Below, piece by piece: positions 21,546 to 31,149 of a stretch of DNA of 64,000 nt. Below the pieces are notes generated by a model that saw only the letters and a list, made by a program, of their open reading frames with translations, did not search any database and was not told the origin of the DNA. The position numbers and the translations under genes were made by a program. How positions within the stretch are numbered: position 1 is the first letter of the stretch; the number at the start of each line of letters is the position of its first letter. The stretch comes from Trypanosoma brucei (Eukaryota), in assembly GCA_000002445.1 (NCBI GenBank), contig CP000071.1:1568001-1632000 (forward strand), written 5' to 3'.

Positions 21546-24500
21546 ATAATAACAATAAAGACGGATAAAAACATGGAATGAAGCGCAGTAAAACAGTCGC
21601 ACCTCGCGCGTACAATACGGGCGAACAAATATAAACAGCGGGAACATTCCTGAAGATGCTTAGGGGTTGAATTGGTGCAACGAGTTTTTCATCAAGCAGC
21701 GATAAGAAAGTTTTTTTTTTGCTTGAATGCAATGAAAAAAATTTATGGACGTGTGCTTAAACAACATAGGAGAATAATTGGCACAAATCTCAGGAGGTTA
21801 CGGTGTGTGTGTGGAATTTGTATTCGACTATGAATCTTAAAAAAAGGGGGGACTATGAAGTGGTTAAACGATTAAAAAAAAAAATTCGAATGCCGGGGCT
21901 CATTTGCAACATGGTACCAGAATTAACTGTTGCTAACTCATCGGTGCCGTGCAGGCTTTTACAAATTCGATATTTCCCATTACTTTTGTTTTTTTTATTT
22001 CTTCAATTTCCCTGTTTCACCCTTTGTTTGATCCAACCACCAGATTATCATTTGTTTTGTTAAGTACGATGAAGCACAACGCTAATAGTAGAAAGAAGGA
22101 AAAAAAAAAGAACGATACAATAAATAAAGGTAGATGCGAATAAACACATGCGGAGTGCATGCTTTTTAAAAAAAAGGAAAAGAGGGAAGGATATGTGGTA
22201 ACGGAGGTTCTGATGTAAAAGAAGCGGATGTCACCACCATCAGGTCTCACACGCCTCACCCCAAGCGGTTGCTGCTCTCGCAATATTCCCTTGAAGGAAC
22301 ACAACCGGTAGATGTAATATAAATCGCCATGGACTGCTGCGCGCATGTGGCTATGATCCTTTTTAGTGACGGCTTTCAATTCCCCGTAGCGGCTGTATTG
22401 AAGGAGGAATAATATCGCCGGTATGCCACGTCTGGCTCGCCGTTGGGTAAACCGCGGCTGCTTAAAGTCGGTTATTGCAATTCCCGCCGCGTTGGGTAAC
22501 TGACAGCGTCCAGTACAAGTGGTGAGGTTCCATCTTAATGTCAGCCCCCGTGCGCATACCAGCGGTGTTGCTTACATAAAATAGATGTCACGTGACTCTT
22601 GGAGTTTAGCGGAGGCAGTGACGGTTCTTCGGTTTTACAACTCTCACTCTCATTTCGTGATTCGTCAATGGCCGCTATGGGTAACGAGTGCAGGAACTTT
22701 GGGAAGAAAATTTCTGTTACCGTTGTCGTTGTAATAATAGTGGTGGTGCATTTTTTTCTCCTACGGGGTTTCTGTGCGTTCTCAGGGTAAGCAGTGGAAA
22801 TACTGCACTGATTGAGCGACCCCCGAGACGCCTTATTAAGTTCAGTGGAGCTTAATTTACATCCCACGCGGCGGTCCCGCGCTTCAGATGTGTGCGGAAA
22901 GTTAACAAAGAACTCAGGTATTTCCACATCGACCGCGTTGGTATGTGGAACCCCAGGTTTGTGGCGCCGCTGCTCTGAATCTTGGCAGTGAGACGGAAGC
23001 GCCGATGGCAGTGACGGGCACACCATGCCACCGTTATCCAGTGGCTTTTCCATTATCACCTTGCTTTTTCTCAAGTCCCCGCTGCCACTTTCCCCTCAGC
23101 TTCAGCCACCGAACCTCACCTTAAGGTGCTTTCCAATTGTTTGCTTTGTGAAAGTGATGCGTTCGGCACCTTCCTAGAAACAGTGTTACCACCACTATTT
23201 TTTTTTTCCCGCCCGATATGTTGCTTCAATACCCCACTTGGAACCACGCTGATCCCTACCTGATGCGCTCCTGTTACCCAAAGAACGTACCCAACTTACA
23301 ATTGAAGGGATGGAGAATGATAGTGACAATAATAACAGTGATATCGCTTTAACATAACATTTCCGAAAGTTCCACACACTTTAAAGGAGGTGAGAGCGCT
23401 TCATGGCACTGGTGCAATATATATTTGCAGGAAGGAAAGCGTTTGACGGTGAAAAAGGGACAAAAACGCACTGTTTACTAACGAACGCCCGGAAAAAAAA
23501 TGGTGAAGTGAATACCCCAGAAGAAAAATACGATATAGTCGCCTAAAGATATAGTGGCCTCAAGCCGTTAGGATGTATCGTCACCGTGTGACTGAAGGTT
23601 AAGCAAAACCCCACACTTGTGCTCGGTCACATACAGAAACAAGCATACCACCGTGCGGTTACCCGATCCAGCCGCACCTGGAGTAAAATCAATGGCACGG
23701 AGGGTAAAAAAAAAAAATGGCGACATAAACAAGAAACGCACAAATGCGAAGCAAAACGACAGCAACAACAACAACACCGTCAAAAATACCAAAAGGGAAC
23801 GGAGTTGATGGAAGGATAAAGAAGCAGAAGGTGAGGGGCTTCGAGATTGGACAATTTTTGTCCATCACTAGGGCCCCTACAGCACTGACCACTATATGAA
23901 ACTAATTCTGGTCAGTAGCAGAGGTTATAGTGGCAAGAGGACTTAACACCAGCAGATGGCACTATGTATCCGAGTTTATACACGTGTGTGTCAAATCGGT
24001 GTCGTTATCAAATTACTTCTCTAGACTTTACCACACTTGCAGGCAGCATAGCGTCATGATCGGTGCCTGCTGGCCGATTGCACCCCCCTTCTTCACTGTG
24101 TGCGGTCAAGAGGGAAGGTACTAGGAACAAATTGATGACTAAACTTTCACCTCTACCGTCATCGCCATTGTGTTGGTTGGAACTTTTTTAACCTTTCCAT
24201 CACTACCGGCACGCCGGCGCCCTCTACTTCTCTTTGGGTTCTCATCTATCCGAATGTGTGGCTGCCGCCGGAAAGTAAAGCGGCAGCACATCAGAGCTGT
24301 TGAGGATCACGGGCATTAAATCCCCACGACAGAACGCAAAAGGCACCTAAACGTCCCTTGCGCCGATGAAATGACTTACGCAACACACCCAAAAAGATCG
24401 CGAACGCGCGTGAGTCCAGTACATTGGGTACTGAAAATGTGCGACGCCCACAACTATATCACGGAGATGCCCCTACGACAGCATCCCAACTCCCTTGCAG

Positions 24501-25472
24501 AGAACGAGCAATGACATTCACCATAAATTTGAACTCAAAAAAATCAATTGGACTCTCCAATGTCTCGCAGTTAAAGTCCGCCAGAGCACTCATATGGACG
24601 CGAGAGACCCTCCCTTCTCACTGTGGTTGCTCATGCCTTGGGGAAGGTGTGAGATCCCCTGGCGGCGGCGAGGGGGAAATTGTAGTTGTTGTTGTGGGAG
24701 ACATCCATGTGGCCGTCTTCTTAGAGGCTAATAAACGAGAGCAACTTTCTCTCCTTGGTGGTGGAACGTCCATGAGTTCTTCGCACGCGGGGACAGGGCT
24801 GAATGGTGTGTGTGGAGTTAATTCCGTTGGGGTATAAGACGGTAAGCACACGGAAGGCATGTCCAAGTCAACGGCTTCAACACGCGGCTGACGCCTTATC
24901 ACGCGAGAGGGAGCAACTGCACAGGGGCTCGGCACTGCCTCCTGCGCTGATGTCATGTGGCTGTGCTCCAGAACTTTGTCGTCTTGCATTGTACTTGAAG
25001 GCAGTGACGTGGTGACGCCCACGACCACAACCATCCTGCGTGCAGAGCGAGGCATTGCGTGAGCAAGGAAAGGAAGAAAAGTAAACGCAAGTAAGTGCCG
25101 AGGCATGACTCACAAAATTTTGTTGAGGAAACAAATTTCCCACATCCCATCTGGCGTATATCCAAAAGCGACCAAGCACGAAAGTAGTTTTGCCCTTTCA
25201 GGCACTCTAGTGCTCAAGAAAAGGCGAATAACCGAATATTTCCCATTAGTTGCCGTCCTTAGTTGTGGTCGCAACCAAAGCCGAGGTACAAGTGGTTGCG
25301 CCACTTCCCGTCGTGTGATTGGACCATACGGAACATAAAACCCTTATATTGTAATACAAAACGGATTACGCGAGTACACTTACATTCATACAATGGCTTC
25401 TGTTGTGTGTCTCCCTCCCCCCACCTTTTCACACAACGGAAGTCTCTACCGTACAAACAAAATCGCCACAAC

Positions 25473-26849
25473 TCAGGCACTCGGCGCCAACAGGTAATCG
25501 AACACCTCTTTTGGTCCAAGCATGACGCTACGAAGGAAACCACGTGAAACAAACGGGGTGTCATTCCTATCATAGTTTCCACCTTGTCCGCGATATCCTT
25601 TGCCACGTCGCTGTGATGTGGCGCCGTTACCGCTACCTGCTTGAGGTAGGAAACGCTGCGCATAGGAACACACGATGTACGTGGCGGTTCCGAACATAAC
25701 AACACGAACAACTAACCGACCAATTGCATGGTACTGCAACTGCAGTTGATGGTTAATGCGCTTCTTTATAGCGCTTGGTCTCCAGTCCCATATGCTCGGT
25801 GGAACGTAGGCGTCAGAGTGTGCATTTGCTCGACTATCTTTCGACTCCTCCTCTTCCTCTCGTCGTCGGCGGATTTCCTCGCCCTCAACCTCAACTGCCC
25901 GCATTCCATCACCAAGAATAACTCCAAGCGAGCGAAATTGATCTCTACTTAGTGCACAGTAGTTTATATCAAGACTATCATAAACACCGACGTACTCCAA
26001 AATTTGACGCTGCAATAGTTCCACACCAAAAAGAAATTGTGCCTCCGTGATGGGAATTAACTCCCCAGGTTCTTTTCCCACGTGGACTGCAAAACACTGC
26101 TCCACGTATTTTTTCCCCCAGAACCCATCCTTTTTCGCTATGTCTGCGTACCGCTGAACGGCCCACAAGCTATAGTCCCGGTATCGCACAAGATAATACT
26201 CCTCCTCGTTAATGGAGCATAACCCCATACGCAACTGCTCCTTGAAAGTTTTGGAGGGTACGTTACCCTTGAACCCTGTTGGTCCCCGTGGCATTCTAAC
26301 ATTACTTTTGAAGCTATCCGCATCCGCACCGGTTCCGGCCTTGGGAGCATCTCCGTGCAAATACGCACTACCGCCGTCAAATAGGTTGCGTTCCATCTGC
26401 AAAAGCGCCGCCGACGCTTTGGAAAGTCTGAATACATCATGCGAGATGTCAATGTTGTCACCCGTGCAGGTGGAAAAGTTACACTGCAGTTCGGCCAGTG
26501 GCCGACTGTGCACGAGAACGTACGTACGGTTGGCCGCGGTTCGTTTCTGTATCGCTTCCAGAAGACCAACCTCATTCCGAGTGGCGTCAGGAACCCAAAA
26601 CGTCTCGGAAATGTCTTGTGGGCGGACCAGCGAAGTGAGCGCGAATACGCTTCCCCCACCCTCTGCCGCAATGGATGACGTCGATGCTGTTGGGGTTGCT
26701 GTGAAAACGCGTGGATCCCTCTGTCGGACGATAATGGGGCGTCCAATGGAAGACGGCGTGAAAGAGTGCGGCTGTGACTGTTGCACAATTGCTTGCCCCT
26801 CTGAGTGCACCACAACGGAGTGTTGCGACCACTGTGGTGAGAGGGACAT
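25473..26849 (-). CDS. hypothetical protein (458 aa) with a C-terminal hydrophobic segment
   Basis: Longest ORF in a GC-rich stretch; alternative-frame ORFs overlap it. This frame is chosen because it is the longest and lies on the cluster strand. LVVRVVMFGTATYIVCSYA near the C-terminus looks transmembrane. Confidence 0.5.
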   Translation of the reverse strand: MSLSPQWSQHSVVVHSEGQAIVQQSQPHSFTPSSIGRPIIVRQRDPRVFTATPTASTSSIAAEGGGSVFALTSLVRPQDISETFWVPDATRNEVGLLEAIQKRTAANRTYVLVHSRPLAELQCNFSTCTGDNIDISHDVFRLSKASAALLQMERNLFDGGSAYLHGDAPKAGTGADADSFKSNVRMPRGPTGFKGNVPSKTFKEQLRMGLCSINEEEYYLVRYRDYSLWAVQRYADIAKKDGFWGKKYVEQCFAVHVGKEPGELIPITEAQFLFGVELLQRQILEYVGVYDSLDINYCALSRDQFRSLGVILGDGMRAVEVEGEEIRRRREEEEESKDSRANAHSDAYVPPSIWDWRPSAIKKRINHQLQLQYHAIGRLVVRVVMFGTATYIVCSYAQRFLPQAGSGNGATSQRRGKGYRGQGGNYDRNDTPFVSRGFLRSVMLGPKEVFDYLLAPSA

Positions 26850-27367
26850 GTCAGCGTTGCGGTAAGCAAACAGCGAAGACGGGGGAAATACTAAGTTGCC
26901 GAAGGTGCGGCTGCTGCTATAGGAAGCACAAGAGCCGTTGATCTACTTTTTCCTACCCTTGCTTGTCACTATGGATCCTTTGGGTAGCACGAAGCAATCA
27001 GTATTTTTGCCTTCCCCACCTTCCTTTCCAGGATGAATATTTGGAGAGGGCACGGCAGAAATCGGAAGGGGTGATAGAACAGAGAAGAGATGAGTGGCAG
27101 CAGCGAAGGGGGAAGTATGCAAATGGGGGAGGTCCGCTCGATCGAGATAAGAAAAACGGACAAAAGCTTTTCCACCTCGCATCAACTGCTTTACGCAGCA
27201 AAAGGAACAAGCGTACACCCACACGCACGAACACGAAAGGCCAAAGGGGTTGCCCCCTCCCCACGATAAGCAGTGGAAATACGCTGGACGCACCGGGAGC
27301 ATACGTGCCTGTTTGGCCGGCTCCTTTCCTTCATAGCATTTATTTTGTATCTTGATTATGCATTGGC

Positions 27368-27661
27368 TTAAACCCTGCCCACACGGTCGCGTGGAATTAG
27401 GCGTATCTCCTGGCCATATTTCATGAAGACATTTCCCGCTGTCTGTGCAGGGTTGATGCCCGTACCGTCCTTCGTTGTGGCTGCCATGGAATCCACTGAC
27501 GCAATGCCGAACTCCTCGGCAGCAAACCGTAGTGCTGCTGTCAGAGGTGCCTCTTCCGCAATGCTTATGACGCGGAAGGGTTGGCTCCGCTCCGAAGTGA
27601 GGATAATACGGAAGGTCACTTTACCGCCAGAGCGCGCAGGGGCTTCTTCATTTTGAGACAT
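27368..27661 (-). CDS. UFM1: ubiquitin-fold modifier 1 (UFM1) precursor
   Basis: 97 aa: ...[84 protein letters not shown] aligns throughout with human UFM1 ([38 protein letters not shown]...[28 protein letters not shown]). A 2-residue extension follows the conserved C-terminal Gly. Confidence 0.93.
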   Translation of the reverse strand: MSQNEEAPARSGGKVTFRIILTSERSQPFRVISIAEEAPLTAALRFAAEEFGIASVDSMAATTKDGTGINPAQTAGNVFMKYGQEIRLIPRDRVGRV

Positions 27662-27862
27662 TATTAGCTAACAACCTCCCCTTCACTAAATCACCCGCCT
27701 CCAGAAGTTATTCTGTTCCCTTGTGTGCTTGCCGTGCTGCTGATTTCCTTCTCGCTTTTGTCCAAACTACTGCTTTCGTGTACAGGCCTAGCTAACTTAT
27801 GACCAACAAAACAGGAGTAGAGGGGCGAAGGAAGCACTTCACGAAAATCTGCATATGCAACC

Positions 27863-28182
27863 ATCACAAAAAGGGGGAAATACCGGCATGAGTTAATATG
27901 GGACAGTTGCATTGTCCAAACTGTTGGGGTGGGAGGCTCTCCTGACTCACTGAGGAATAAACAAGGCGGGAAACAGTCACCGCAACAAACGCCTTGTTTC
28001 CCCAGGTCAGTAGAGCAGTGCAGCAACCAATCACTTGAAATGCTCGCCCACACTCCCGTTCGACGCACCGTACGAATTTCCCCACATTTCCAGGTCATAG
28101 TTGCCGTTTGTAGCGGTGGAAACAAACTCTACACACCTGCTCACGATGTTCCCACGCCTCGCAAGCGAAGATAGGAAGAAAA
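27863..28182. repeat. 320-bp dispersed direct repeat, copy A (appears 100% identical to copy B)
   Basis: Read by eye against 34291-34610: identical from ATCACAAAAAGGGGGAAATACC to GCAAGCGAAGATAGGAAGAAAA, with unrelated flanks. Confidence 0.9.
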
Positions 28183-28785
28183 TAAATAAACTGAATACTG
28201 AAAGTTGTTGGGATTAATTTTTTTTTTATAAAAAAAAATAAGTAATAGTGTCTTCGTTTGTGCACACACAGAAACACATGATACGCTAAGCTCCCAACTT
28301 CAAGCAACGGAACTAGCTGTAATGACTTATCACAGCGCTTTACTTCCTCCTTGTTGTTGTTCACTACTAATGAAGGAGATTACGGTACCAACATCCAACG
28401 GCAGGGGTACGTAACTCCAATTGATGCGAAAGAAACTGTCATGGAGGAAAACGCTAATAAAAACAGTAGTGAGAAGATTCAAAAACAACAGAGGGGGGGA
28501 CTACGATATTTGATTGGTGACGTTCTGTCTGCTTTGGAAATATAGAAGGGAGTAAAGAAAGCTTATGCACTTGAAAGAAGGAAAGTAGCAAGATAGAGAA
28601 CGCTAAATGCGATGAATGCTGCCGGGACCACCGCTGTGGATCATCCGTAATTATACTATGTTGAAGACATCCCTGTAAGTGTAACAACTACATTGTAAGA
28701 ACTGCCTATTTTCCAATAATGAGGAAGCCACACCCCTGCACTTCCAAAACAAATAATCGTAGATATATATATATATATATATATA

Positions 28786-30180
28786 TTACGGATATACACT
28801 GTGTTCTCGAAGTGATTGGCGTAACATGGAAGCCATGACATCAAGCGGCCGCTGCATTAGTGCCACTGTGTTACTGACAAAAGGATGGGACAGCGCCTCC
28901 TGAACCGACATCCTCTGTGACGGCTCATAACGGATCAGCCTCCGTAGAAAATCAGTACCTTCAACACCCACGCGTCCCTGGAAGCCGGATGCTTTCACAT
29001 ACTCATCGAATGCGGATGGAAAACACAACTCCGGCGGGAAATGATACAGCTCGTCCCTGGGGTCCGCAACACAACCACTCTCTCCATCAATACCTACACG
29101 CATTACGGCGGAGAGGTGTGAGGTGCCTGTTGCAGTTTTTTGCACATTAGGGAGATTCCTCTCGTGCTGTTTATGGACACCCCGTGAATTCTTTGTTTTT
29201 TTTCCATTTTCTGCAGGTTCCCCCCTGGCCAATTCGGCTGCAGCCTTGAGAAGTTGTACGGCCTTGGGGCAATTTTTCATAGATGGCCACGTCTCAGGTG
29301 TGGGCGTGCCAAGCAGCTTGAACGTCTTGAGCAACTGATCCACATCGGTATTTCCGCGTATTAATGGGGCGCCCGTAACCATTTCTGCGAAGATACAGCC
29401 AACCGACCACAGGTCAACGGCGAAACCGTACATTGCAGATCCCAGCAGCGCATCAGGGCTACGATACCAGAGGGATGCCACGTCGTGAGAGTACTTTTTT
29501 ACTGGGATACTCTCTATACGGGCCATCCCATAATCACCCAACTTAATTACCAACTGTGAAGTCGGAGTGGTTGAGCCAGAGGGGACAGTACCATCGGCTC
29601 CATGGTCCTCCGAAGCGATCCTGGCGTTAGGGTTTTCGGTGGGGTTCGCATTCTTGGGGCAGTTGGCTGCCTCATCAATGTCGTCCCAGTGCCCTCGCGT
29701 ATTAACTACTTCCGTTTCCCTACTAGAGACTGACATTTCACTGCCCTCAGACCCTGATATTCCGTCAACCCTAACAAAAATGTTGTCTGGTTTCAAATCT
29801 CGATGCACGACACTCCGCTGATGCATGTACCGAAGGCCCAGGAGGACTTGTTTGAGAATTTCCTTAACCTGTGTGCGCACTCTGGAGTCGTGTTTGTGCA
29901 TGAATCTCCTAAGATCATATTCGCAGTACTCAAAAATAAGAGTAAGTTTTGGCGGCTCGAAAAGCACGTCATAGAGTCGCACGATATTATTATGCCTTAG
30001 AACCTTAAGAAGCGCAATCTCCCGTATGGCGGTCGATGGTGCACCATCATCCTCACTGCCGACGATAATGCGTTTATACGCAACAATCTGACCGGTGGCC
30101 AACTCCCTCGCCTTGTACACCACTCCATAGGTTCCTTCGCCAAGCTTTCCAATGCATTGCAGTCTGTTGACAGTTGACAT
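28786..30180 (-). CDS. cdc2-related (CDK-family) protein kinase with two large insertions in the catalytic domain
   Basis: LGEGTYGVVYKAR (Gly loop), AYKRI (VAIK-type Lys), HRDLKPDNIF (catalytic loop), LGDYGMAR (DFG variant), SLWYRSPDALLG, DLWSVGCIFAEM. An insert of about 100 aa rich in Ser/Glu lies between the catalytic loop and DFG, and a second lies after subdomain XI. The architecture resembles the T. brucei CRK subset with inserts; possibly CRK4, but I am not certain. Confidence 0.88.
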   Translation of the reverse strand: MSTVNRLQCIGKLGEGTYGVVYKARELATGQIVAYKRIIVGSEDDGAPSTAIREIALLKVLRHNNIVRLYDVLFEPPKLTLIFEYCEYDLRRFMHKHDSRVRTQVKEILKQVLLGLRYMHQRSVVHRDLKPDNIFVRVDGISGSEGSEMSVSSRETEVVNTRGHWDDIDEAANCPKNANPTENPNARIASEDHGADGTVPSGSTTPTSQLVIKLGDYGMARIESIPVKKYSHDVASLWYRSPDALLGSAMYGFAVDLWSVGCIFAEMVTGAPLIRGNTDVDQLLKTFKLLGTPTPETWPSMKNCPKAVQLLKAAAELARGEPAENGKKTKNSRGVHKQHERNLPNVQKTATGTSHLSAVMRVGIDGESGCVADPRDELYHFPPELCFPSAFDEYVKASGFQGRVGVEGTDFLRRLIRYEPSQRMSVQEALSHPFVSNTVALMQRPLDVMASMLRQSLREHSVYP

Positions 30181-31149
30181 TTACGAGGTTTGATTATATC
30201 CCCCACTCGTTGTATTTGTCCAGGTTATCGTATCCCCTTCGATCTCTAAGTTCGACACAGACGTTTTCTTTCCCTACGAACACGCACGTGTTTGTTTCTA
30301 TACTCTCTGATCGTTTTTCTACACTTTAAGTCCTTGGTATTTTGGTTCACAATTGATACAACTGTAGTTGAGTAACATACGAAGAGGGTCAGGAGGGTGT
30401 AAAAAGGGAGGGCGGGTGATTCAATAAGTTTGTCAGCAAAAGACTTACAGTATGAACACGTAGTTTCTGCCGAATGTTGCAGCAACAACGGGAATATCGC
30501 CTGGTCCAAAAACAATGAGAACAGTAAGGGGGATGCAACACCCTCGGTTCATTCCTCTCCTTCACTGCTCTAACTCTTTTCCAACCTTCCTTCCGGGCAC
30601 TTTTCTCCAAAGAAATCCGAAACTTCGTCGTCTTTGGCGACGGTTCTCGGAATTGAGGGAACATGATGCCTTGCAGGAACACTACCACTGGATAAAGTCG
30701 TAAAAGTACAAGATCACACTAAGTAAAAGAGTAATTAAAAAAGCATGAGCAACGAGTCCCTCAGAACACAATAAACACGAGCGTGGCTGTCGATTCCTTA
30801 CCCCCAAATGACCCCAAACGGCGGTGAGATCTCGACACGTCCCCTGTTTAACCGCCAACTAACCCAGTTCACTTCGCCAACGTTCTATGTTTTCGTCTAT
30901 GCACGTTCAATTCGGAACGATCAAACCGAAGTGAACACTATTTTCACTGCATGAACGTGAAACCGTTCGATTCTATTACTCTTTACGTTCGCAATCCCCG
31001 TGTGGATGTAAGCACCGAACATAATGGTTGTGCGTACAACCATAATATGAGCACCATGTAGCATTCCCCCATGGTGTAGTAAATACCGAGTCAAAGTAAT
31101 TTTCTATATAGTTGTGGCAACACCAATGCCAGGGTTTGTGATAATGTGG

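Larger units (their letters stand above)
17142..25472. terminator. convergent strand-switch region (putative Pol II termination zone) containing the tRNA gene
   Basis: The + cluster ends at 17141 and the - cluster's last supported gene ends at 25473. About 8 kb here has no conserved ORF. In kinetoplastids, tRNA genes sit characteristically in convergent strand-switch regions. Confidence 0.5.

Noticed and set aside
26138-26869. Two further long ORFs (243 aa on -, 217 aa on +) overlapping the 458-aa gene 25473..26849
   Set aside because: This is a GC-rich stretch where stop codons are rare in all frames. Only one frame can be coding, and the longest same-strand frame with a TM-like C-terminus was chosen. 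None is domain-supported, so even the chosen one has moderate confidence.
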